Part shown: in pieces, positions 21,054 to 30,486 of the stretch | Layout: every line of letters starts with the position of its first letter | Numbering within the stretch: position 1 is the stretch's first letter | Source of the DNA: an uncultured Bordetella sp. | Lineage (GTDB): Bacteria > Pseudomonadota > Gammaproteobacteria > Burkholderiales > Burkholderiaceae_A | Assembly (NCBI GenBank): GCA_964440375.1 | Contig: CAYTRY010000005.1 | Coordinates: forward strand, 13,884-77,883 | Length of the DNA: 64,000 nt | Direction: 5' to 3' | The notes under the pieces: model-generated | Seen by the model: only the letters and a program-made list of their open reading frames with translations | Database searches by the model: none | What the model was told of the DNA's origin: nothing | Translations under genes and position numbers: made by a program

Positions 21054-22205
21054 GTGCCGAATGTAGCGATGAGATCACGCCTGCCGAATGTGGGCACCAC
21101 CATCTTTACGGTGATGTCCGCCCTTGCCAATCGCAACAGCGCCGTCAATCTCGGCCAGGGCTTTCCCGACTTCGAGCCAGATCCGGAGCTCTTGGATGCA
21201 GTCAATGCGGCCATGCGGTCTGGCCATAATCAATATGCACCGCTCAATGGTGTGGCTGCCTTACGTGAGGCGGTCGCAGAAAAAATTAGCCTGCTGTACG
21301 GACGCCGTTACGACCCTGAGACCGAGGTCATGATCACCGCCGGGGCGACCCAGGCCCTGATGACCGCTGTCTTGGCGCTGGTGCATCCGGGCGATGAGGT
21401 CATTGTTCTCGAGCCGGTCTATGACAGCTACATTCCCAGCATTGAGTTGGCCGGGGCGCAGGCGATTCGCGTGCCGATGACATCGGCCTACCGCGTGGAT
21501 TGGGATCGCGTCGCATCGGCCGTTTCACCCAAGACGCGGGCCATCATGGTGAACTCTCCGCACAATCCATCGGGAATGATTCTCCGCGAGGCGGAGTTAC
21601 GAATTCTTGAGTCCATCGTGCTGCGGCATAACCTGCTGGTGATTTCGGATGAAGTCTATGAGCACATGATTTTTGATGGCGAGCCACATCGCAGTGTCAG
21701 TGCATTTCCGGCCTTGGCCGAGCGGGCCATTGTCGTGTCGTCGTTTGGCAAGACCTTTCATGTGACTGGCTGGAAGGTGGGCTCGGTCGTCGCCCCGCGG
21801 GAGATCATGGCCGAGTTTCGCAAGGTCCATCAGTTCAATGTCTTTGTGACCAATAGCGTCATGCAGGTCGGCCTGTCTGCCTATATGCAGAATGCCGAAC
21901 GCTACCTAACGCTGCCGCAGTTTTATCAGCGAAAGCGGGATTTTTTTCGCCAGGGCCTTGCAAAGACGCCGTTTCGGCTCTATCCCTGCGAGGGAACTTT
22001 TTTTCAGCTGGTGGATTATTCAGCCATCTCGACGCAGTCAGAGCTTGATTTTTGTAAGTGGCTGACCACCGAGGTTGGGGTAGCCGCGATCCCCATGTCG
22101 GCATTTCATCAGGATCCCGTCGAAAATAAAACCATTCGGTTTTGCTTTGCCAAAAAAGAGGAGACCCTGTCGCGGGCCCTGGAGCGGCTCGCGACACTGG
22201 CATGA
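21054..22205 (+). CDS. ybdL: PLP-dependent methionine aminotransferase (YbdL-like)
   Basis: SRLPNVGTTIF, NLGQGFPDF, NSPHNPSG, SDEVYE, SFGKTFHVTGWK; start 21054 or 21069. Confidence 0.9.
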   Translation: MPNVAMRSRLPNVGTTIFTVMSALANRNSAVNLGQGFPDFEPDPELLDAVNAAMRSGHNQYAPLNGVAALREAVAEKISLLYGRRYDPETEVMITAGATQALMTAVLALVHPGDEVIVLEPVYDSYIPSIELAGAQAIRVPMTSAYRVDWDRVASAVSPKTRAIMVNSPHNPSGMILREAELRILESIVLRHNLLVISDEVYEHMIFDGEPHRSVSAFPALAERAIVVSSFGKTFHVTGWKVGSVVAPREIMAEFRKVHQFNVFVTNSVMQVGLSAYMQNAERYLTLPQFYQRKRDFFRQGLAKTPFRLYPCEGTFFQLVDYSAISTQSELDFCKWLTTEVGVAAIPMSAFHQDPVENKTIRFCFAKKEETLSRALERLATLA

Positions 22206-23596
22206 TCCTTCCGGCCATTCCAGAGATGGTGTTTGTCGATCTGGAGACAACCGGGGCTACCGCGACCCGGGACCGCATCACCGAGATCGGCATCGTGCAG
22301 GTCTCAGCCCGTGGCGTGGAGCGATTTAATCAGCTGATTCATCCTCAGGCGCGGATCCCTGATTTCATTGCGCGACTTACTGGCATTACCGATGAGATGG
22401 TGGCGGATGCGCCCGGTTTTGAAGCGGTTGCTGGGGATCTCATAGATCGGCTGACTGGCAAGCTTTTCATCGCACACAATGCCCGCTTCGATTACGGTTT
22501 TTTGAAAAACGAATTCAAGCGATGTGGCATCGATTTTCGGGCCCGTGTCTTATGCACAGTGAAACTCTCTCGGGCCTTGTTTCCCGATGCGCCGCGGCAT
22601 AACCTCGATGCGTTGATTGAGCGGCATGGACTGATTCCTTCGGGCCGGCATCGGGCCTTGGCCGATGCGGATCTGATTTTTCAATTCTGGGAAAAGCTCT
22701 GGTCGTTATTTTCGGCAGAGGTGTTGCAGCAGACGATCGCAACATTGACTGCCCGGCCCGCCTTGCCGGCGCAGCTTGACCCCGATCTTCCAGAGAGAAT
22801 TCCCGAGGGCCATGGGGTCTATCTCTTTTATGGCGAGAATAGCCTGCCGCTCTATGTCGGCAAGTCAAATCATCTGCGCAAACGGGTGCTCTCACATTTC
22901 GCATCGGATCACGCGCGCGGCAAGGAGATGAGCCTATCGATGCAGGTGCGGCGTGTTGATTGGATCGAGACTGCCGGTGAGATTGCTGCATTGCTGCTGG
23001 AGTCGTCGCTCATTAAAAAATTATTGCCGACCCACAATCAGCGCCTTAGGCGCAATAAAGAACTCTGTTCATGGCGGGTCGCGCCCCAGCTGGAGCCTGC
23101 GCCAGATGGCCCCAACGCCGCGCAGGCGGAGCTGGTCTGGGCCAGAGATTTAAACCTTGGCGCCCAGCCCGATTTGTATGGGATTTTTCGCAGTCAGCGC
23201 GATGCTGTGGAGATGCTCACCGAGATTGCACGCAAAGAAAGCCTCTGCAAGGTCTTGCTGGGACTCGAGAAGGCCGCGCCAGGCGCAGCGTGCTTTGGCT
23301 TTCAGTTAAAGACCTGCCGCGGTGGCTGTATTGGCCGCGAGCGTTTAGCGTTGCATCACGCGCGGCTGCTGATGGCCCTCTCGAAGATGCGCCTGCCGGC
23401 CTGGCCGCATCGGGGTCCGATTGGTCTGCGTGAGGCTTCGGTCGTGCATGTGGTGGATGCCTGGTGCTATCTCGGCTCGGCCAGTCGAGAGGATGAAATC
23501 CATAGCCTGCTTGCCAATGGCAGGCCCGAGTTCGATCTGGATGTTTATAAAATTTTGCGTAAAGCCATGCGCTGTCTGCCCACGGTTGCGCTATAA
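22202..23596 (+). CDS. DEDDh 3'-5' exonuclease (epsilon-like) fused to a GIY-YIG (UvrC/Cho-like) endonuclease domain
   Basis: DLETTG, HNARFD, HRALADA; GVYLFY...LYVGKS..LRKRV, LLESSLIK; Cys cluster C..CFGFQLKTCRGGC; ATGA overlap with ybdL. Confidence 0.9.
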   Translation: MILPAIPEMVFVDLETTGATATRDRITEIGIVQVSARGVERFNQLIHPQARIPDFIARLTGITDEMVADAPGFEAVAGDLIDRLTGKLFIAHNARFDYGFLKNEFKRCGIDFRARVLCTVKLSRALFPDAPRHNLDALIERHGLIPSGRHRALADADLIFQFWEKLWSLFSAEVLQQTIATLTARPALPAQLDPDLPERIPEGHGVYLFYGENSLPLYVGKSNHLRKRVLSHFASDHARGKEMSLSMQVRRVDWIETAGEIAALLLESSLIKKLLPTHNQRLRRNKELCSWRVAPQLEPAPDGPNAAQAELVWARDLNLGAQPDLYGIFRSQRDAVEMLTEIARKESLCKVLLGLEKAAPGAACFGFQLKTCRGGCIGRERLALHHARLLMALSKMRLPAWPHRGPIGLREASVVHVVDAWCYLGSASREDEIHSLLANGRPEFDLDVYKILRKAMRCLPTVAL

Positions 23597-23620
23597 AACA
23601 CTTTTCTTACCCTTGCAGGC

Positions 23621-23884
23621 ATGGATACCAAAACCTTCACCATCGGACGAATTCAGCGTGCCGACTACGAGCCTCGCGATCGGCAGCTCGTATTGCATTT
23701 TCAAGATGGCAGTCTGCGCCGCTATCAGCCAGTCCCCAGTGAGGTCTTTCGGCGCCTGTGCAATGCCCCCAATCCCACCACCTATTGGGAAGATCGCATC
23801 GCCGAGGAATATCCCCAGGCCCGGGGCAAGTCGCATGCGGATGCCGAGACAGCGCAAAAAAAGCTTGACGATCTCTTTGGCTGA
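23621..23884 (+). CDS. KTSC domain protein
   Basis: IQRADYEPRDRQLVLHFQDGSLRRYQPVPSEVFRRLCNAP..YWEDRI fits the KTSC pattern. Confidence 0.8.
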   Translation: MDTKTFTIGRIQRADYEPRDRQLVLHFQDGSLRRYQPVPSEVFRRLCNAPNPTTYWEDRIAEEYPQARGKSHADAETAQKKLDDLFG

Positions 23885-23918
23885 TTCAGAGTCCGAACCC
23901 ATCACTGCTGAATCCGCA

Positions 23919-24575
23919 ATGGCAAGTCATTGTGAACGTCGGCGGCAGGGGCGCCGGCAGGCGATGGCGGGGCTTGCTGCAGCCCCCTTTGTCGGCCTGA
24001 CGTGTCCGGCCTTCAGTCAGGATCGGGCCGCAGTCGGCCAAGATCGGCAGGCGATTGCCGCCCTGCAATCTGGCGGCCTTGCCTTGATTCGCCATGCCAT
24101 CACGGTTCCGGGGGTCGGAGACCCGCCGAACTTTCGTCTCGGTGATTGCAGCACCCAACGCAACCTCTCACCGCAGGGACGGGAACAATCCCGAGCAATT
24201 GGCCGCTGGTTTTTGGAGCGCGGCCTTCGGCCAGATCGTGTGCGATCCAGTCAGTGGTGCCGATGCCTGGAGACCGCAAGTGAGGCATTTCGTTCGATGG
24301 GCCGAGGGCCCGAGATTCCGATTGAGCCCTGGGTCCCACTGAACTCTTTTTTCCAGGGGCAAGGCGACCGTGAGCGTCAGCTTCAGCAGGCCTTTCAGGC
24401 AGCCCGCACTCTGGCGCAGCGGCCCGCCGCATCAGGCTTTGAAGTCTGGGTCACGCACCAGGTGACGGTGACTGGCCTGACAGGCCAGTATGTGGCGATG
24501 GGAGAAATGCTGGTGGTTGCCTACGATGGTCCCAATAAGCCACTCAAACTATTGGCCGCCGCGATTGCCTTTTAG
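23919..24575 (+). CDS. Histidine phosphatase (phosphoglycerate mutase-like) family protein with Tat-like signal
   Basis: [11 protein letters not shown] signal, [27 protein letters not shown]. Confidence 0.82.
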   Translation: MASHCERRRQGRRQAMAGLAAAPFVGLTCPAFSQDRAAVGQDRQAIAALQSGGLALIRHAITVPGVGDPPNFRLGDCSTQRNLSPQGREQSRAIGRWFLERGLRPDRVRSSQWCRCLETASEAFRSMGRGPEIPIEPWVPLNSFFQGQGDRERQLQQAFQAARTLAQRPAASGFEVWVTHQVTVTGLTGQYVAMGEMLVVAYDGPNKPLKLLAAAIAF

Positions 24576-27452
24576 AACATTGGCCAGATAGCGTCCGGTA
24601 TGACTCTCGGCACACTGGGCCACCGCCTCAGGTGTGCCGGCCGCCACCAGTTGTCCGCCACCATCGCCACCTTCGGGGCCGAGATCAATGATCCAGTCTG
24701 CGGTTTTAATGACATCGAGATTATGCTCAATGATGATCAGGGTATTGCCACCATCTCGCAGCGTTTGTAGGACTTTTAACAGCAGGGCGATGTCATGAAA
24801 GTGCAGCCCGGTGGTCGGCTCATCAAGAATGTAGAGTGTTTTTCCGGTGTCACGCTTGGAGAGCTCCTGCGAGAGCTTGACCCGTTGGGCCTCACCGCCG
24901 GATAACGTCGTAGCACTCTGTCCCAGCTTGATATAGCCCAGCCCAACGTCAATCAGTGTCTGCAGCCGTCGAGAGATATTGGGTACCGCACGGAAAAATT
25001 CCATTGCCTCATCAATCGTCAGGCCAAGCACTTCAGCAATATTTTTTCCGCGATATCGCACATCGAGGGTCTCACGGTTATAGCGCAGACCATGGCAGAC
25101 ATCGCAGGGCACGTACACATCCGGCAGAAAGTGCATTTCAACGCGGACCAGGCCATCACCCTGGCAGGCCTCACAGCGGCCACCCTTGACATTAAAAGAG
25201 AAGCGGCCTGTGTCATAGCCACGTTCGCGGGCCGTGGGCGTCTGTGCGAAGAGCTCGCGGATTGGCGTAAAGAGGCCCGTATAAGTGGCGGGGTTGCTTC
25301 TTGGTGTTCGTCCGATTGGGCTCTGGTCCACGCTGATGACCTTATCGAAGAACTCCAGGCCCTCAATGGCCTCCATGCCCGCGGGCTCGAGATGGGCACC
25401 ATTGATTTTTTTCGCTGCCGCAGCCACGAGCGTATCGTTGATGAGGGTTGATTTCCCGGAGCCCGATACGCCGGTAATGCAGACCATCAGTCCGCAGGGG
25501 ATCTCTGCCGTGACCTGCTTGAGATTGTGTCCGTGGGCGCCCACCACGCGCAGCCAGCGCTCGCCTGGGCGCTGACGCTGTTGAGGAATCGGTATGCTGC
25601 GCTGGCCGTTGAGGTATTGGCCAGTGAGTGAGCGGGGCGCACTCAGAATATCTTGCAGGCCACCAATGGCGACCACTTCACCACCATGCTGGCCTGCACC
25701 TGGCCCCATGTCGATGATGAAGTCGGCGGTGCGAATGGCATCTTCATCATGCTCGACAACGATCACGGTGTTGCCCAGATCACGCAGTTTTTGCAAGGTC
25801 GACAGCAGGCGGTCGTTGTCACGCTGATGCAATCCGATGGAAGGCTCATCGAGCACATACATCACACCGGAGAGGCCCGCACCGATCTGGCTGGCCAGCC
25901 GGATGCGCTGGCCTTCGCCGCCCGAGAGCGTGGCCGCCGAGCGATCCAGAGTCAGATAGTCCAGGCCGACATTGATGAGAAATCCAAGGCGTTGAGAAAT
26001 TTCCGAAAGAATTTTTTCACCAATCGCCGCCCGCATGCCCGAGAGCTGCAGCTGCTCGAGCCGCTGCAGTGCGGATTTCAGCGGCATGGCCGCCAAGCTC
26101 GGCAGATCAATGTCATGGCCTGGCGCTCCAACTCGGACGAATCGGGCCTCAGGCCGAAGCCGCGATCCTGCGCAGGCCGGGCAGGCCTGGATGCTGCGGT
26201 AGCGGCCGAGTTCTTCCTTGACCGCAGCAGCATCTGTCTCTCGCCATCGGCGCTCCAGGTTGGGCAGGATGCCCTCAAACGGATGCCGTCGCGTGATGAG
26301 CGCTCCGCGGTCTCCCGGGTAGCGTAGGGGCAGCACCTCATCGCCGGAGCCATGAAGAATCACTGACTGAATGCGATCCGGCAGCTGCTCAAACGGCGTT
26401 TCGAGATCAAATTGGTAATGATCTGACAGGCTCTGCAGCAGCTGAAAATAAAATGCGTTGCGCCGATCCCAGCCTTTGATGGCGCCCGATGCAAGGCTTA
26501 AGTTGGGAAACTGAACTACCCGTTTGGGATCAAAAAATTCAACGGTGCCGATGCCGTCGCACGACATGCAGGCCCCGGCCGGACTATTAAATGAAAAAAG
26601 TCCGGGCTCGAGATCCTTCAGGCTAAATCCACATTCAGGGCAAGACAGCGTGGTCGAAAAGACATGGGCATCGGACTCTGCCAAGGCCGGACTGCTGTCG
26701 TCTGCCTCGCAGCTGACCAGGGCCCGTCCGTCACCGAGCCGCAGCGCAGTCTCTAAAGACTCTGCCAGACGCTGTGTGATTTCTGGTTTAACTCTGAGCC
26801 GATCAATCACGACATCGATCGAGTGTTTTTGGTTTTTATTTAAACCAATGAGCTGATCGATATCGCGCAACAGTGGCGGCTGGTGTTCGGTCTGCACCCG
26901 GACCCGGACAAAGCCCTGCGCACGCAGGCTGTTGATGAGTTCGGCATGCTCTCCTTTTCGCTGTGAAAGCACCGGCGCAAGAATGGTGAGCCGAGACTGC
27001 TGCGGCCAGGCCAGGATCTGATCCACCATCTGAGAAACGGTCTGAGATTCCAGTCGGTGATGCGGATGCTGAGGGCAGTGGGCTACCCCAGCCCGTGCAA
27101 AGAGCAGCCGGAGATAGTCGTGAATTTCCGTCACCGTGCCAACGGTGGAACGCGGGTTGTGACTGGCGGCCTTCTGTTCGATGGCGATCGCTGGCGATAA
27201 GCCCTCAATGAGATCGACATCCGGTTTTTCCATCAGCTGCAGAAACTGTCGGGCATAGGCCGATAAAGACTCCACATAGCGCCGCTGGCCCTCGGCATAC
27301 AGGGTGTCAAAGGCCAGGGAAGATTTTCCCGATCCGGAGAGTCCGGTAATGACGATCAGCTGATGCCGCGGTAAATCGGCATCAATGTTTTTCAGGTTAT
27401 GGGTCCGGGCGCCGCGCACTCGAAGCAGTGATTGCGGGAAAAGCGATTGCAT
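24549..27452 (-). CDS. uvrA: Excinuclease ABC subunit A
   Basis: Two Walker A motifs ([16 protein letters not shown]), two LSGGE signatures, Zn fingers, [11 protein letters not shown]. Confidence 0.99.
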   Translation of the reverse strand: MQSLFPQSLLRVRGARTHNLKNIDADLPRHQLIVITGLSGSGKSSLAFDTLYAEGQRRYVESLSAYARQFLQLMEKPDVDLIEGLSPAIAIEQKAASHNPRSTVGTVTEIHDYLRLLFARAGVAHCPQHPHHRLESQTVSQMVDQILAWPQQSRLTILAPVLSQRKGEHAELINSLRAQGFVRVRVQTEHQPPLLRDIDQLIGLNKNQKHSIDVVIDRLRVKPEITQRLAESLETALRLGDGRALVSCEADDSSPALAESDAHVFSTTLSCPECGFSLKDLEPGLFSFNSPAGACMSCDGIGTVEFFDPKRVVQFPNLSLASGAIKGWDRRNAFYFQLLQSLSDHYQFDLETPFEQLPDRIQSVILHGSGDEVLPLRYPGDRGALITRRHPFEGILPNLERRWRETDAAAVKEELGRYRSIQACPACAGSRLRPEARFVRVGAPGHDIDLPSLAAMPLKSALQRLEQLQLSGMRAAIGEKILSEISQRLGFLINVGLDYLTLDRSAATLSGGEGQRIRLASQIGAGLSGVMYVLDEPSIGLHQRDNDRLLSTLQKLRDLGNTVIVVEHDEDAIRTADFIIDMGPGAGQHGGEVVAIGGLQDILSAPRSLTGQYLNGQRSIPIPQQRQRPGERWLRVVGAHGHNLKQVTAEIPCGLMVCITGVSGSGKSTLINDTLVAAAAKKINGAHLEPAGMEAIEGLEFFDKVISVDQSPIGRTPRSNPATYTGLFTPIRELFAQTPTARERGYDTGRFSFNVKGGRCEACQGDGLVRVEMHFLPDVYVPCDVCHGLRYNRETLDVRYRGKNIAEVLGLTIDEAMEFFRAVPNISRRLQTLIDVGLGYIKLGQSATTLSGGEAQRVKLSQELSKRDTGKTLYILDEPTTGLHFHDIALLLKVLQTLRDGGNTLIIIEHNLDVIKTADWIIDLGPEGGDGGGQLVAAGTPEAVAQCAESHTGRYLANVLKGNRGGQ

Positions 27453-27560
27453 AAGCCAGGCCGTGAAGGGTTCGCGTGTGGGTTGGGGTCAGCGTGATTG
27501 GGCCAGCGCGACGCAGCGCACTTAAATCAAAAGGCCAATCGACTACTATACCCCGTGGTT

Positions 27561-28766
27561 ATGACTCAAGCAGCCTCAACGATTCGCTTCACCGGCCAGG
27601 AATGGCGGGCCTGTCTGGCCCTCTCCATGCTCTACGGCCTGCGGATGCTCGGCCTGTTTCTTGTCTTCCCCGTGCTGGCCGCTGAGTCTCAGGCACTTCA
27701 GGGCGGGGATGATCCGATGTGGGTCGGCATCGCTGCAGGCATCTATGGACTGAGCCAGGCACTTCTGCAGATCCCGTTTGGCGCAGCCTCGGATCGTTAT
27801 GGCCGCCGCCGCGTGATTCTGATCGGCCTGGCGATCTTCGCCTTCGGAAGTGTTGTCGCAGCACTGGCCACAAGCATTGTTGGCCTGGCCATTGGCCGGG
27901 CCCTGCAGGGCGCCGGCGCAATTTCAGCTGCGGTGACTGCATTTTTGGCAGACTCAACACGTGAGGAGGTTCGCACGCGAGCGATGGCGATGATCGGTGC
28001 GACCATTGGACTCGCATTTGCGCTGTCTTTGGTGATGGCGCCAGTGCTCTCAGCGATGTTTGGAATGTCGGGCCTCTTCTGGCTGACGGCAGCGCTGGTG
28101 GTCATGGCGATGATTCCCGTGATGCGAATGGCAGAGCCTGCCCGACGGCAGACTCCCGAGATTTCATTTTCTGATATTCAGCGCATTGTGCTGCGCGATG
28201 GCCAGCTGATGCGGCTGAATCTGGGCATCTTCATGATTCACATGACCCAGACCGCGATCTTTGTGGTGGTCCCGCTGGCCCTTATTCAGATGGGCCTCGA
28301 TCTGCATGATCACTGGATGCTCTACCTGCCGGTGGTGATGGCATCTTTTGGCCTCATGCTGATGCCAATTTTCTGGTCCGAGCGAACCGGCCGCAGCCGG
28401 CCCGCATTTCTTTTTGCAATCGCATTGATGGGCGCATCGATTGCGGGCTTTGGCCTTGCGGCATCTTCGTTGTGGGCCTGGGCGGTGTTGCTGCTCGGAT
28501 TTTTCACCGCATTTAATGCCCTGGAAGCGTTTCTGCCGTCCTGGGTCTCTCGGGTGGCGCCGTCCTCGCATCGGGGGCTGGCCCTGGGGGTCTATAACAC
28601 CACGCAATCCCTCGGGCTTTTCTCCGGCGGCCTGCTGGGCGGCCTGATGGCCAAGGCCTTTGGCGCAGCCGCAGTCTACTGGGCCTGCGCTGCCGCGATC
28701 CTGGTTTGGGGCATCATCTCTCTTGGACTGAAAGAATTGGGCCCCCGCCGGCCCCGGGCAGCTTAG
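27561..28766 (+). CDS. MFS transporter (YajR-like)
   Basis: LRMLGLF, SDRYGRRRV, GRALQGAGAISA, about 12 hydrophobic segments; usual position between uvrA and ssb. Confidence 0.9.
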   Translation: MTQAASTIRFTGQEWRACLALSMLYGLRMLGLFLVFPVLAAESQALQGGDDPMWVGIAAGIYGLSQALLQIPFGAASDRYGRRRVILIGLAIFAFGSVVAALATSIVGLAIGRALQGAGAISAAVTAFLADSTREEVRTRAMAMIGATIGLAFALSLVMAPVLSAMFGMSGLFWLTAALVVMAMIPVMRMAEPARRQTPEISFSDIQRIVLRDGQLMRLNLGIFMIHMTQTAIFVVVPLALIQMGLDLHDHWMLYLPVVMASFGLMLMPIFWSERTGRSRPAFLFAIALMGASIAGFGLAASSLWAWAVLLLGFFTAFNALEAFLPSWVSRVAPSSHRGLALGVYNTTQSLGLFSGGLLGGLMAKAFGAAAVYWACAAAILVWGIISLGLKELGPRRPRAA

Positions 28767-28849
28767 CCAAATGGCTAATCGTCAGGATCGGGCTTCTCGT
28801 CCATGCTGTGGCTGTCCCACTACCGGGCGTTTTATCAGGAGATAAAGTT

Positions 28850-29284
28850 ATGTTGATGGTTGGAGTCGCAAGAGTTGGCAATGATCCGGTTGCACGCTAT
28901 ACCCCCGATGGCAAGCCTGTCATGGATATTTCATTGGCCTTTGATTACGGCCGCAAGGGCAATGATGGCCGCCGGCCTACCCAGTGGGTCAACGCCACCA
29001 TGTGGGGCGACCGCGTTGAGCGTCTGCAGCCCTATCTATCAAAAGGCTCCCAGGTCTTCGTGACGCTGTCAGAGCCGCATATCGAGACTTATGAAAAAAA
29101 AGACGGCAGCGGCCAGGGATTTTCGCTCAGGGCGCGCGTCACTGAGCTGGAATTTGTGGGCGGCCGCCGCGAGGAATCCGCCGGCGAGTCCGCTGATGCG
29201 CCCGCCGCGGCCCCGTCCCGGCCAGCGAAGTCAGCAGCCAAGGCGCCAGGTTTTGACGACCTGGACGACGACATTCCTTTTTAA
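28850..29284 (+). CDS. ssb: Single-stranded DNA-binding protein, atypical phage-like OB fold
   Basis: GNDP..RYTPDG, YLSKGSQV, acidic tip DDLDDDIPF; SD AGGAG upstream. Confidence 0.9.
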   Translation: MLMVGVARVGNDPVARYTPDGKPVMDISLAFDYGRKGNDGRRPTQWVNATMWGDRVERLQPYLSKGSQVFVTLSEPHIETYEKKDGSGQGFSLRARVTELEFVGGRREESAGESADAPAAAPSRPAKSAAKAPGFDDLDDDIPF

Positions 29285-29291
29285 GTAAATT

Positions 29292-29313
29292 CCTCCCCCG
29301 ATTTGGGGGCAGG
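29292..29313 (+). terminator. Possible terminator hairpin after ssb
   Basis: CCTCCCCC-GATTT-GGGGGCAGG; no clear U-tract. Confidence 0.35.
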
Positions 29314-29419
29314 GCAGCCCGCTGTTGTGCCCGAAGGCCGATGGTGTCGGGTAAAATCAGGCCTCTAATTCGATCGCGCCGCCTTTGCGGCGCGCGTTTT
29401 TTGAGCACAGCGAAACGCC

Positions 29420-29815
29420 ATGCCCATTTATCCCTACCGTTGTGAAAACTGTGGCTTTCAGAAAGATGCCCTGCAAAAACTTTCTGACGCTCCGCTGCGG
29501 GACTGCCCCGAGTGTGGCCAGCCCCGCCTGGTGAAGCAGCTCACTGCTGCCGGCTTTGCCCTGAAGGGCACGGGCTGGTATGTCACGGACTTCCGTGACT
29601 CAGGAAAAAAAGCGGGCCCATCAGATGCCGCAAAGCCGGCAGCGGCAGCCGCCGAGGCCAGCAGCGGCAGCGCGAGCGACACCACTTCGGCAACGCCCGC
29701 TGCGGCTGCTGAATCCACCTCGACCTCCTCGGCCACAGCATCGGCATCGGCCCCCACATCATCTGCCACAGCACCATCGTCGGCCGCGCCGCCCGCATCG
29801 GCCGCCGGAGCCTAA
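29420..29815 (+). CDS. FmdB family zinc-ribbon protein
   Basis: MPIYPYRCENCG...CPECG...FALKGTGWYVTDFR followed by an Ala/Ser low-complexity tail. Confidence 0.92.
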   Translation: MPIYPYRCENCGFQKDALQKLSDAPLRDCPECGQPRLVKQLTAAGFALKGTGWYVTDFRDSGKKAGPSDAAKPAAAAAEASSGSASDTTSATPAAAAESTSTSSATASASAPTSSATAPSSAAPPASAAGA

Positions 29816-29826
29816 CGCAAGTGCCT

Positions 29827-30447
29827 ATGCAGATTGTTCGGTCGCACTTTAAGCGCTATTTACTTGCAGGCCTGCTGCTGTGGACGCCGATTGCGATCAC
29901 GATTTGGGTGATCACCTGGGTCTTTGATGCCCTCGACAACGTTCTGCCGGTTGCCCTGCGCTCCGAAGTGCTCTTCGGCGTGCATGTGCCGGGATTCGGC
30001 GTTTTGGTTGTGGTGTTATTCATTCTGATTACGGGATTTCTTGCCGCGAATCTGATTGGCCAGAAGCTGGTGGAAGTCTGGGAGGGCGTGATGCGCCGTA
30101 TCCCACTGGTGCGCTCAATTTATTCCTCGGTCAAGCAGGTGAGCGATACGATTCTGTCGCCGAATGGCCAGGCCTTTCGTCAGGCAGTGTTGGTCCAGTA
30201 TCCGCGACACGGCAGCTGGACCATTGGGTTTCTCACGGGAATGCCCTCAGCAGAAGTTGCCGCCCACCTGCCGGCGGATTGCGTCTCGATTTATGTGCCG
30301 ACCACGCCAAATCCAACATCAGGATTTTTTCTGATGATGCCCCGGGCCGAGGTGATCGAGCTCTCGATCGGTGTTGATGCGGCCCTGAAGTATGTGGTGA
30401 GCATGGGCACGGTGCCACCACTTCCCACCGCACGGCCAAAGCCATAG
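29827..30447 (+). CDS. DUF502 membrane protein
   Basis: RIPLVRSIYSSVKQVSD, YVPTTPNPTSGF; usual position upstream of aspS. Confidence 0.92.
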   Translation: MQIVRSHFKRYLLAGLLLWTPIAITIWVITWVFDALDNVLPVALRSEVLFGVHVPGFGVLVVVLFILITGFLAANLIGQKLVEVWEGVMRRIPLVRSIYSSVKQVSDTILSPNGQAFRQAVLVQYPRHGSWTIGFLTGMPSAEVAAHLPADCVSIYVPTTPNPTSGFFLMMPRAEVIELSIGVDAALKYVVSMGTVPPLPTARPKP

Positions 30448-30486
30448 GGCTGACGCTGCCGGGCGACCTCTCGTTTAGGAAACGTT

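Noticed and set aside
23421-23918. N-terminal extension of the 384-aa ORF 23421-24575
   Set aside because: Overlaps the exonuclease end and the KTSC gene in other frames; phosphatase features and the signal peptide begin at ATG 23919.
27480-27495. Additional GGGGTCAG in the uvrA/MFS spacer (another inside gltK)
   Set aside because: A G-rich 8-mer is expected a few times by chance in 64 kb of GC-rich DNA, and it lacks the paired motif and A-tract context.
29600-29815. Repetitive-looking GC-rich stretch
   Set aside because: Encodes the Ala/Ser/Thr low-complexity tail of the FmdB protein; not a tandem repeat or CRISPR array.
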